Positions 1 through 11,413 of a stretch of DNA of 35,180 nucleotides are shown in pieces. The stretch is from the NCBI RefSeq assembly GCF_001194135.2, contig NC_068991.1, positions 48,783,385 to 48,818,564 of the forward strand, in the 5' to 3' direction. Every line of letters begins with the position of its first letter. The stretch's first letter is position 1. The notes under the pieces were generated by a model, which saw nothing but the letters and a program-made list of their open reading frames with translations, had not been told where the DNA came from and made no database searches. Position numbers and translations under genes: made by a program. The DNA is from Octopus bimaculoides (taxonomy: Eukaryota).

Positions 1-791
1 ATATATATATATATATATATATACATACATACATACAATACATGGATAATATGTATGTACACTTCCATATTTTGTGCTTGAAGTAATTTCTCCTTTTAGT
101 CTTTTACCATTATCTCCTATTTTATCTGCATTTCCTGTCCGACAATTGTTTTATAAAACCCTTTTATACTTCTTAGTTTCCTATTCACATGTCTTTTTTT
201 AATATATCTTCTTAAAAGCGATTACCTTGCTACATCCAATATTCTTTGTTCCAAGAATCTAAATTTACAAATGATGAGAATAAATGTACACTTTCAAAAT
301 ATATATTAATGTTTATGGGTTTTAAATGTAACGTGGTTTTCATCGTCGTGTTTCTCAGAATATTGGTAGAGACTTCGAAACTACGCCGTTGTATGGATTT
401 GTCAGAGTGCCAAGCGATGCCATGACAGATAGACACATACTCATACATATAAACATACATACATACAAACATACATACAAACATACATAAGAAGAGATAG
501 ATAATGTGTCAATTCTCTACAGCTGTTTCCAATGAATTTTTAATTGATTAATGGAAACATTACACCATTAGAAAAAACCGTTTTCATTAGGTGAATACAT
601 GATCCACAAAATTCAAGACATTCAAAAGCCAACGGCATGTGTACCATTCTGTCTGTAATTCGGTACTCGCGTATGTATTCGTCTACTTTTCTTGTGTAGT
701 TATTTTAATTTCGACCCCACCCGGGTCCTCGCCATTTAAGTGCTTGATTCATTTGAATCTTGATCTACATAATACATACATACATACATAC

Positions 792-827
<36 letters not shown>

Positions 828-962
828 NNNNNNNNNNNNNNNNNNNNNNNNNNNNNNNNNNNNNNNNNNNNNNNNNNNNNNNNNNNNNNNNNNNNNNNNN
901 NNNNNNNNNNNNNNNNNNNNNNNNNNNNNNNNNNNNNNNNNNNNNNNNNNNNNNNATATAAA

Positions 963-2447
963 CTAGCAGAGATACCCGGCGTTGCTCAGGGTAAAGATAG
1001 TATAGTTTGTATATATATATATATTACAGTTATGTTAAAACAGGTGATACAGGAAAGTGCAGCATTGACGATAAAATATCTGTGGAGCAAATGATGGGCT
1101 AATTCAACTAAGTGACATGCCATGCGTCTGCTTGGTGTATTCCAGGCCTAACCTGTCACGGAAAATTGGGGGTGGGGTTATGTGATTTTTGGACGCACCG
1201 AAAAGCTGTCAGTGGATATAATCTAGTTTGCGGCAGTCGGTGATGCGTCTAACACGACCCATCGCCTGACGTTCTGACACCTCCTTCGGTTTTGTTGTCC
1301 TACATCACTCATGAAGTAAATTTGGAGGAGCTGTGGTTGTTCACTTGTGGGTAACAGGGAACCTATGAGGTGACAGACTTGCCCTTGAACTTTGAACGTC
1401 GGCTTAAATCCATGTTCAACTATCTTAGACGCACCAAACGATGTCATTTGAAATGCAGGTTGTATTGTCTAATATTGTTCAGAAAATCCTTTGATTGGAT
1501 GGAAATACATTCCAGAAGATCTATAACAGGTTGAGGAGGAGCTGGTAGTACTGGCAATCTTACCTTACCGCCTGAGTAGCACATGCCAATAGTTTAATTT
1601 GGAAATTTTAAAGCTTTGCAGAAACGACAATTTGAGTTTAGCAAAACAATTTGGACAAAATTATCATTTTTATAAGAATGGGATGGATCATATTTGAAAG
1701 TAGGTCCAGGAGTTGTGAAGAACGAATTTGTACGTAGTGTGTTTCTGAGACTTATTCTATTGGACCTCTGTCTAAACGTTGTTTTAATGATCCAGCATTA
1801 AGTGCTGCAGCATGCACTTGTTGACCTTGGGAAAGGTTCATCTCCCTTCTGTACTAAGACTGCATCTGAAATGCTACAGCATGCCTTTCCTGATATTGAG
1901 AAAGTCTCATCTAGATTCTGTCTTTAGACTCCATTTGGCATGCTGCAACATGTGTTTACTGATCTTGAGAAAGTCTCATCTCCCTTCTCTCTTGAGACTC
2001 TCTGACGCACCATTCCGCTGTGGCGGCCGTAAAGACGGAGAGTTGCCGATGCGTAATTTGTTCACATTAGGATGTAACTTATTCATTTATTTCAAATATA
2101 ATAGAAATAGGATGATTTTAGTGTTATCACCTTAGAATTAAAAATCAAAGAATGAAAGCGAAACAATGCTATTATTGTATTATTGCCTATCACATTAAAA
2201 CTAAAAGTGAAAGAATAAAAGTGAAACTACTGTCTCACATTACAATATAGATGTTATTCTTTCACTTTTGCCAAGTAATACCGAACCAGTGCCAATGTTA
2301 TACTGTTTTAATCTAAATAATAAAAAATACATGCTGACACTCACGGGATTTGAAACTATTACCTTGTAAAATTTGATTTGATTTGGTCAAGCCGTTTGAG
2401 AAAGCATAGGGAACAGACAGAGAGACAAAGAATTTTATATATATAGA
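963..2447 (-). mobile_element. Helitron, internally deleted non-autonomous derivative with both termini
   Basis: On the minus strand the 5' end is A|TCTATATATATAAAATTCTTTGTCTCTCTGTCTGTTCC (2447). The 3' end is the hairpin TACCCTGAGCAACGCCGGGTA followed by TCTCTGCTAG|T (963). This is the canonical 5'-TC...hairpin-CTAG-3' inserted in an AT dinucleotide, and it carries N-terminal RepHel-like coding remnants. Confidence 0.9.
1223..2010 (-). pseudogene. Disrupted N-terminal portion of a Helitron RepHel ORF (23-aa repeats plus a Cys-rich region)
   Basis: Manual translation gives AFKYDPSHSY...CRFCKALKFPN*TIGMCYSGGKVRLPVLPAPPQP...SKDFLNNIRQYN, then a 1-nt frameshift, then AFQMTSFGASKIVEHGFKPTFKVQGQVCHLIGSLLP...QLLQIYFM...RRRC. 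These match recalled Helitron N-terminal motifs. No Rep or PIF1 helicase motifs remain. Confidence 0.85.
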
Positions 2448-2490
2448 TGAGTAATATATATATGGATGTATAGATGAGTATATATATATA

Positions 2491-2583
2491 GATGCAGAAA
2501 AATACGTTGCCGGCCAGCCATGAGACTTGAATCACATCTCTGTGATTACATGTCAAGTGTTTTACCATTAAACCAAACTGCCC
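2491..2583 (-). repeat. tRNA-like SINE head or tRNA pseudogene, copy 1
   Basis: Minus strand GGGCAGTTTGGTTTAATGGTAAAACACTTGACATGTAATCACAGAGATGTGATTCAAGTCTCATGGCTGGCCG contains A-box-like TGGTTTAATGG and B-box-like GATTCAAGTC. A near-identical copy lies at 2788-2869. Confidence 0.55.
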
Positions 2584-2787
2584 AGCAGCAAATTCTTCTG
2601 CAATTTTAGAACTTATAAATTTTTAGCTTCATAAGATGCTAACGTTAAATTCAACTTTACGATGAAAGTAAACAGAGTTTTTTTTTTTTAGAAGCATTGA
2701 GATGTATTGTAAGATATAGAAATAAATTTATTTCTCAAACGCGTGATAATGCTATAAATAGAGTGATCAGGATAAATAATCCATATA

Positions 2788-2869
2788 ATGCAGAAAAATA
2801 CGTTGCCGGCCAGCCATGAGACTCGAATTCACATCTCTGTGATTACATGTCCAGTGTTTTACCATTGAA
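2788..2869 (-). repeat. tRNA-like SINE head, copy 2, inside a 26-bp inverted repeat
   Basis: Direct repeat of 2492-2570 with a few substitutions. It is bracketed by ATTTATTTCTCAAACGCGTGATAATG (2726-2751) and its exact reverse complement (2870-2895). Confidence 0.6.
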
Positions 2870-2909
2870 CATTATCACGCGTTTGAGAAATAAATATATA
2901 TATATAGAG

Positions 2910-2948
<39 letters not shown>

Positions 2949-3164
2949 ATTTATAAGAAAGAATAAATGACTAATAGTACACATCGAAAATATCCCACAA
3001 TAATTTTTTCTAGCACGTAGAAGATTTAAGATCCAATGAGAAAGAATTAACCCTCACTATATATCAAATAGAGATAAAATATTGCAAATCGTAACCGTAT
3101 CTTTTATACATAGAAAACAAATTAAGTTTTATTACATGGTCTTAGATACACAATAGTTGCAAAA

Positions 3165-3310
3165 TGAGGCCTCGTGGTAAGAGTTATGGAGTTCCCATCA
3201 TAAGTTCAAGGATTTGACTCTAATTTAAGTAATACATTGCGTTCTTTAGATCACGTATTTCATTTCACGTTCCTTCAGTTTACCCATTTGAAATGTATAC
3301 CGGCTCAGTG
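3165..3310 (+). mobile_element. Old, degenerate tRNA-derived SINE
   Basis: GAGGCCTCGTGGTAAGAG...GATTTGACTC...TATTTCATTTCACGTTCCTTCAGT loosely parallels the reverse complement of the better-preserved copy at 30435-30752. Confidence 0.4.
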
Positions 3311-3574
3311 CATATACTGTCCCTTCTATCTCCAGTAGTCACACATGGATATTTCACTGGGTTTTATGTTGGATGTCCGAAAATTGTTTGCTCTCAACGA
3401 TATAGACACTGAAAACATGGTACATCGTGATAAGTCATCCTCGATTCCATGTGACGGCCAAAATAAAAGAGACACATTTGTATACAAATGATTATAGACT
3501 TACTTGGTTAGATATGCTTTTTGGCGATTAAATAGCATCAACGATAGTATAGGGTTAAAATTCTTGCAGTTGTA

Positions 3575-4000
3575 GAATTTTAATGGTATTTTAATAGCAT
3601 TTTAACAACATTTTAATAGCAACAACAGTTTAATGGCAACATTGTAATACCAACAAAAAGTGTTTACTGTCAAAATATTTTAACGTTTTAGTAGCGCTTG
3701 CAACTACATTTTAATAGCATCAATTTAATAACTACATTATAATAGCATGAATTTAATACCTATATTTTAATAGTATCAATTTAATAACTACATTTTAATA
3801 GCACCGATAATTTAATAGTGAGAAAAAGTCACAACAGCTGTATAGGGACAGAATTTGTATAATATTTTATAAGCATTTTAATCGCAACAATACTCTAATA
3901 ATATCTTTAGAAGCAACGTTTTAATAACAACAATAAAATAGCAACAATATTTAAAAGCAACAATATTTAAATAGCAACAATATTTAAATAGCAACAACAG
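3575..4000. repeat. Degenerate AT-rich minisatellite
   Basis: A 28-bp unit ACTACATTTTAATAGCATCAATTTAATA occurs about 4 times from 3703, and a 17-bp unit AGCAACAATATTTAAAT about 3 times near 3940-4000, within looser TTTTAATAGCA repeats. Confidence 0.75.
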
Positions 4001-5284
4001 CAGCATTAGGTTAAATTTCTTACTGTTATAAAAAAAACTTTTATAGCCTTTTAATCACAACATTAATGCTAGCAACAGTAATGTCTGTCAAAAATTTTAC
4101 AATAATAAATTTCTTCATTCACCTTTCAATTTTTGTATACTTTGCCTTGAATATTCCTTACAGGACAGATATAGGAAAGCAAAATATGTAAGATATCAGA
4201 ATACAAGAGATATCAACCATTTTTGTCTGAGGAGGGTTAACAACAGGACCTAAGCCTAAGTGCTAAATTTTACTTCTAATGAATACAACAAAAGTTGAGA
4301 ATTTTTAAACCAAAACACCTGTCGGGTAAGAAACCAAATATTTCAAATATTTACTCATTGTTTTTGAAAACATGGAGTAGGAAATTTTGTTAAATTTGTT
4401 TACATATACTTCAATGAAATGTTCTGCTCCACGTGATGCATCATTTCATATTTCATCCATGGATCAATGTTTGATACACGAATTCTTGTAATATTGGAAT
4501 ATTCCAGATCTGAAAACGAGAATCAGCATTATGACGGGCCTGCAATTCCATCTATTACCTTAATAATGGAAACAAAGGAACATTAGTCAGCCAAAAGGGT
4601 ACTAAAGGGCTTGCAAGGAAGATTCTATAGAGCAAATATAACAGGATGAAAGTGATTCGTTGGTGTTCGCATTTGAAATCCTAGATGTTATTATACGCAT
4701 GCTGTATGCCTGGAAAGTACTTTGATATGCTTAATTAGATTATGAAGCAAATCAGGTGGGCTGTTACTTTCGTGACAAAATGGATGCTGATTATTACCGA
4801 AGGTATTTAATACGTTCATTGGAGAAATATTACAAAGGGTAATGTCAGTGAATGCGTGTTTCTGTCGAGATGTTTAAGGGTGAGAATGTATGTACGAATG
4901 TATGTATGTATATATGTATGTATGTATATGTATATATATATATANNNNNNNNNNNNNNNNNNNNNNNNNNNNNNNNNNNNNNNNNNNNNNNNNNNNNNNN
5001 NNNNNNNNNNNNNNNNNNNNNNNNNNNNNNNNNNNNNNNNNNNNNNNNNNNNNNNNNNNNNNNNNNNNNNNNNNNNNNNNNNNNNNNNNNNNNNNNNNNN
5101 NNNNNNNNNNNNNNNNNNNNNNNNNNNNNNNNNNNNNNNNNNNNNNNNNNNNNNNNNNNNNNNNNNNNNNNNNNNNNNNNNNNNNNNNNNNNNNNNNNNN
5201 NNNNNNNNATATATATATATATATATACATATATGTATATATACATAAATATATACATATTATATATATATGTATGTGTATCTT

Positions 5285-5319
<35 letters not shown>

Positions 5320-6629
5320 AAATGCGAGTGTGCTTGTATTCCGATGTGTGAATGTATATTCATAACACTGTATGTGTATAAATGTAAACACACACACATG
5401 CATATATATCAATATATGCTTATATAAATAAACTTATATAAATACAGATATCTGTCCATCTTTCTGTATATATAAACATACAGACAAACACACACGCACG
5501 CAAGCACACACACTCACACACTCACACACATACACACACATACACACACATACACACACTTTTTCACGTATTTATACATATATCTGATTGTAAGTACGTT
5601 AGTAACACCTTGAGTAGATTGTTCAATGTATTAATATAAACTTTGAATAGAGTGTATGCATGTGAGTTTATGAATGAGTATATATGTGTGTAGCACATAT
5701 TTTTTTGTATCGGAAACAATGCAATATACCTTAGACATCATGGTGATATTCATGTTAGCCTCAGTTCTTAACCCGATCCATTTTACATGCAACAGGATTA
5801 GTTTGCTAGAACTCTATATAATAAAGATTGCGAGGGAAAACGTTTCGTATACTTGCAATAAAGTGTTTCGTTTTTAGTCTACATTTTCATCAAATTCTGC
5901 CATCAATAGGTGATAGGTGACAGATCATTTGAAAATGTTACCTCACACACACGCACACACACACACAGATGTGTATATATATATANNNNNNNNNNNNNNN
6001 NNNNNNNNNNNNNNNNNNNNNNNNNNNNNNNNNNNNNNNNNNNNNNNNNNNNNNNNNNNNNNNNNNNNNNNNNNNNNNNNNNNNNNNNNNNNNNNNNNNN
6101 NNNNNNNNNNNNNNNNNNNNNNNNNNNNNNNNNNNNNNNNNNNNNNNNNNNNNNNNNNNNNNNNNNNNNNNNNNNNNNNNNNNNNNNNNNNNNNNNNNNN
6201 NNNNNNNNNNNNNNNNNNNNNNNNNNNNNNNNNNNNNNNNNNNNNNNNNNNNNNNNNNNNNNNNNNNNNNNNNNNNNNNNNNNNNNNNNNNNNNNNNNNN
6301 NNNNNNNNNNNNNNNNNNNNNNNNNNNNNNNNNNNNNNNNNNNNNNNNNNNNNNNNNNNNNNNNNNNNNNNNNNNNNNNNNNNNNNNNNNNNNNNNNNNN
6401 NNNNNNNNNNNNNNNNNNNNNNNNNNNNNNNNNNNNNNNNNNNNNNNNNNNNNNNNNNNNNNNNNNNNNNNNNNNNNNNNNNNNNNNNNNNNNNNNNNNN
6501 NNNNNNNNNNNNNNNNNNNNNNNNNNNNNNNNNNNNNNNNNNNNNNNNNNNNNNNNNNNNNNNNNNNNNNNNNNNNNNNNNNNNNNNNNNNNNNNNNNNN
6601 NNNNNNNNNNTATATATATATATATATTT

Positions 6630-8750
6630 AAACACGTAAATACTCTCCTACGGTTAAAAACCCAGCCCCTTTTGAGGCAGACCGCCTTGATTTAGTTACC
6701 AGTATCAAATTCCGTAAGTACCATAAGTGCTTTCAAACTAAAATAAAATTTGATATTAAAAACTTTAGAAGTTCTAAAAAGAAGTTCGTATCTTCTGATA
6801 CGATCAGCAACTTGTATGAAGTTAATAATAACACCATTTCCACTAAATATAAGAAAGTTAACATAGGCAACTACAATGATGTTAACGAATAGGCTAAATT
6901 CCCCGTTATACGTAGTAAAATTGACGATAGATTAGAATGCTTAGTCAAAAGGGAAGCTTTTATTACTTTATAATATCATGAACCTGATTTGTTGATTGTT
7001 AAACTTAGCGAGGACTGAAAGGGAGATAGTAGCTAAAAAAATGACTAAGGAACATTTATAATAGAATTAGAGAGATCACGAGGATGCAACAATGGAATAA
7101 CAGTTTTACTCTAATAGATTTGCTCAAGAACATTATGAATAAGCATAGTCCCAGATTTAGTCAGTTCGACATCATAGATTTTTATCTTTTCATATCGAGA
7201 TTACTGCTTGATAAAACCATCGAGTTTGCTAAATCACATGTTGATATATACCTCGTAGACCTGGACATTATCATGAATGCGAGGAAAACACTAATGTTTA
7301 GTAAAGGTTCAGCATGGGTAAAATATTCCAATAATGATAAATTTTTCGCTGTATGAAGAGGATTGTAAGGCAGTTCTGTCATCTGCGATCTTGTAAGTCT
7401 CTTTATATTAAAATAACCATCTCATGATGTTGGTCTATACCGAGACGACAGATTGGATATTTCCCATGACCCTGATAGTCAATTACGCCTTAATATCACA
7501 GTCGCTACTAATCTGTATAAAGTTGATTTTTGTTAATGTTTCCCTAGACTTAAACTCCTCCTCTTTTAAACTTTACCATAAGCCAAGCCCAATGAGAAAC
7601 CTCATTACATACATAAACAGTCTTGTCGCCCCTGTAGTATATAAAAACCTGATAGCTAACATTGGTAACAGAGTGTCTAACTTCTCTTCCTTTAAAACAT
7701 TTTTGAGATGGCAGCCCCCTACTACAACAAAACCCTAATCAACACTGACTTTAAGGATAATTTAATATATAACCCCTCTAATAATAGGAATAATAATAAT
7801 GGACCTAAAAATAGATCTAGTAAAATAACTTGGTCCCCACCCCTTTTCCCTTAGTGCAAAAACTAACAAAGATTCCTGACTCTCCTAGGCAAACATTTTC
7901 CAGGAAATCATAGTTAAGGAAAATGTTTAACGGGAGTTCAGTGAAATTATCGTATAGCAGCTGGCCCAATATGAAAACCATCATTACACGAGAACAACAC
8001 CAAGAGTCTTCTCCAAGTTGTATCTGTCGAGACCCAGGAACTTTTCTACTCGTCCAAGGATGTATGATTAAATCCGTTGTATATGAGGCAGAAGTTACAG
8101 CAACGCAAGATGATAACGCGACCGATAAGAAGAGCTATATCGGACGATACGAAGGCGACTTCAAAAATCGCTATGCTAATCACATATCTTCTTTCCGACA
8201 CAGGGACAAAAGTAAAGCTGCTAAGTTGGCTAGCTACGTATGAGGTTTGAAGTCGAACGCTATTCCATATACGACAAAGCGGAAAACATTCGAAAAATCC
8301 ACACCATAAGTTAACGGATGTAAGCTATGCGTGGCTGAAAGAACTCAGATTCTTTTCAAATCTAAGAATTCTAGTTCCGAAATTTTCAGCGGTTTTAAAC
8401 ATATGGCTAAGATCCTGCTGGAAGTAACAGCCTCTTGACCACTATTTTATCAGCCTTATATTTTACTGTCAAAGGGAAAGAACTCCAATACCTCACCTTT
8501 TCTTTCTTTGTTTTCTTTTTCGTTTTCCAGTTTTTCAACCTTCCCCCTTTTATATCTATTTCTTTTCACTTTTTCTCGCTTTTTTCTCTATCGTCCTATT
8601 TTTAGCTTGTTATGCCATGTAGGCTGTGTCTGAAGGTTGCGCTGAGACACTACACGCGTTAAAAAATACTGTCTGGCCTGCTTTTATCGCATAAAACTAA
8701 TGATAACACTAATAGTAGCTCATAAAACATATATGGTGTTTATTAAATTA
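6630..8750 (+). mobile_element. Decayed Penelope-like retroelement (RT plus C-terminal GIY-YIG endonuclease), 5' end lost at the gap
   Basis: Frame-broken translation includes FEADRLDLVTSIKFRK...FQTKIKFDI, QQWNNS...FSQFDIIDFY...IIMNARKTLMF..AWVK and the RT catalytic GLYRDD (YRDD 7438-7449). It continues KITWSPP...KHFPGNH...KLSYSSWPNM, then CICR...CMIKSVVYEAEV...YIG..EGDFKNRYANHISSFRH...CKLC..E. A CT-rich tail runs to ~8750. Many stops and frameshifts. Confidence 0.9.
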
Positions 8751-8835
8751 TATTTATCTCTTACGAGATGGAATAATTTGTTTCGTGAACTTACCATCTC
8801 GGAACAGTGCACTATATATATATATATATACATAT

Positions 8836-9061
8836 AGTAAAGATTATTTGCCAACCTAAAAAAGCAGTCGAATGTTAGTGTTATTTAGCCCCAGGAAACA
8901 ACATCTCCAGCTGACTATATGACACACAATCCGTGTCCTTATATTTTCGAAAATATAAGGACACATATTGTGCATCGTATAGCCAGCTGGAGACGATGTT
9001 TCCTGGGGTTAAATAACACAAACATTCGACTGACACGTTATGTTGGGAAATAATCTTTACT
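8836..9061. mobile_element. Palindromic (foldback/MITE-like) element, ~226 bp
   Basis: The arms AGTAAAGATTATT...GTGTCCTTATATTTT|CG|AAAATATAAGGACAC...AATAATCTTTACT are mutual reverse complements along nearly their whole length. Confidence 0.85.
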
Positions 9062-9123
9062 CTAGAGTACTGTTACTGAATGTCACTTGTTGAGAGATTT
9101 ACAAATGGAAATTTTCCATTATA

Positions 9124-9475
9124 TACTCTTTTACTCTTTCACTTGTTTCAGTCATTTGACTGCGGCCATGCTGGAGCACCGCTTTTAGTCGAGTATATCG
9201 ACCCCAGGACCTATTCTTTGGAAGCCTAGTACTTATTCTATCGATCTCTTTTGCCGAACCGCTAAGTTGCGGGGACGTAAACACACCAGCATCGGTTGTC
9301 AAGCGATGGTGGTGGGAGGGACAAACACAGACACACAAACACACATACATATATATACATATATATATACGACGGGTTTCTTTCAGTTTTCGTCTACCAA
9401 ATCCACTCAGAAGGCTTTGGTTGGCCCGAGGCTATAGTAGAAGACACTTGCCCAAGGTGCCACGCAGTGGGACTG
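9124..9475 (-). mobile_element. CORE-type tRNA-derived SINE (octopus OR-like), head lost in the gap
   Basis: Reverse complement reads CAGTCCCACTGCGTGGCACCTTGGGCAAGTGTCTTCTACTATAGCC (CORE-like CCTTGGGCAAG), then an internal microsatellite, then the 3' body ...GCTCCAGCATGGCCGCAGTCAAATGACTGAAACAAG. Same family at 19440 and 24396. Confidence 0.85.
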
Positions 9476-10174
9476 NNNNNNNNNNNNNNNNNNNNNNNNN
9501 NNNNNNNNNNNNNNNNNNNNNNNNNNNNNNNNNNNNNNNNNNNNNNNNNNNNNNNNNNNNNNNNNNNNNNNNNNNNNNNNNNNNNNNNNNNNNNNNNNNN
9601 NNNNNNNNNNNNNNNNNNNNNNNNNNNNNNNNNNNNNNNNNNNNNNNNNNNNNNNNNNNNNNNNNNNNNNNNNNNNNNNNNNNNNNNNNNNNNNNNNNNN
9701 NNNNNNNNNNNNNNNNNNNNNNNNNNNNNNNNNNNNNNNNNNNNNNNNNNNNNNNNNNNNNNNNNNNNNNNNNNNNNNNNNNNNNNNNNNNNNNNNNNNN
9801 NNNNNNNNNNNNNNNNNNNNNNNNNNNNNNNNNNNNNNNNNNNNNNNNNNNNNNNNNNNNNNNNNNNNNNNNNNNNNNNNNNNNNNNNNNNNNNNNNNNN
9901 NNNNNNNNNNNNNNNNNNNNNNNNNNNNNNNNNNNNNNNNNNNNNNNNNNNNNNNNNNNNNNNNNNNNNNNNNNNNNNNNNNNNNNNNNNNNNNNNNNNN
10001 NNNNNNNNNNNNNNNNNNNNNNNNNNNNNNNNNNNNNNNNNNNNNNNNNNNNNNNNNNNNNNNNNNNNNNNNNNNNNNNNNNNNNNNNNNNNNNNNNNNN
10101 NNNNNNNNNNNNNNNNNNNNNNNNNNNNNNNNNNNNNNNNATGCATGTATATGTGTGTGTGCGTGTGTATGTGT

Positions 10175-10228
<54 letters not shown>

Positions 10229-11375
10229 TGCGTGCTTGTGTTTTAACATACTTTTCAGGAGAGTTTCTTATTTATGGGAGTAAATGTCTGGCTCTTCAAT
10301 GTTGTCGATAAAAGATTACTTCTTTATACGGTTCAATGGTTCGTGACACAGGGAAGGTTTATATCAAACATTAAATCTAGATCCATCAATAGTATACTGC
10401 TGAACTACATCTCAAGTTTAAGGTAAATAGCAAATCCCAATACAAGTTTGGTGAATGTTCTCGCAATGTTTTATATATTTATTGTTTTATGTTATGTTGG
10501 AAGAAACGGAATATTCGTTACACTTCCAAACCTCTGAAACTGCTAGGAAATAAAAGTTAATATAAGCCTGATGACACGGCCAGACGTTTTGTTATACATG
10601 GAATCAGCTAAATAAACCCAAGAGTCAAAAAGTGCTTTTAATCACTTTAAGTACAATGTCTTTATACATTGTATGTACAATGTATATACATTGTATATAA
10701 AATTTCCTTATACATACATATATAAGTACAATGTTCTTATACAAACATAATTCATTTAAATCTAATCTACGCATTACTGTTCAAGCTACAACGGCTTTTG
10801 GTTTTCGATATGAATTTAGCAAAGTAAAAAGCAAAACAAAACTATTAAGGAGGGATGAGAAATAAAAGGCATTTACTACTAAGTACTGGCTACTTGTGAG
10901 ATAAATGCAGACTTCAAGACGTAATTATTGACTAAGTAACCACTACGGTTAGTTTATCATATCTCAGACAATTACAGACAAGTAGAAACAAAAATATTTA
11001 TAGACAACTAAACTTAATTACAACCATATAACTCAACTACAGAAGTTGTTGAACGTTTTTAAAAACCAAATTTAGGTAGAAGGGCATTGAAAAACTCTCA
11101 ACGTCTGTTTTTAATTCCGTTCAGGACACTTCATATTATTTTGATTGTTCCTCTAATAGGGAAACGGTCATGTTAGGGCATACTCTTCAAGAGTTCTAGA
11201 CGATTATATCGATTTCAGTACGATTATATCGATTTCGTACTTATATCATCGATCTCGGAGAACGATGCAAGAATATAACGATCACCTATGTGAAGACAAC
11301 TGAAAAAGAAGTTAATGGAGTAAATTTTATTTAGCTTATACCTACGTATATAAACACACACCACCCATATGATAT

Positions 11376-11413
<38 letters not shown>

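Noticed and set aside
2491-2869. Functional tRNA genes
   Set aside because: Acceptor and anticodon stems pair poorly, the T-loop is altered in copy 1 and copy 2 is truncated; better explained as SINE heads or pseudogenes.
4150-4710. Several exon-like segments (e.g. CAG|DRYRKAKY|GTAAGA at ~4163; DESDSLVFAFEILDVIIRMLYAWK on +; a hydrophobic frame on -)
   Set aside because: They are mutually incompatible on the two strands, have no recognisable homology and are expected by chance in AT-rich DNA.
8240-8245. In-frame TGA in the PLE endonuclease read as selenocysteine
   Set aside because: It falls where the family motif has Trp (YIW.LK, TGG>TGA), among many other stops, and no SECIS was evident.
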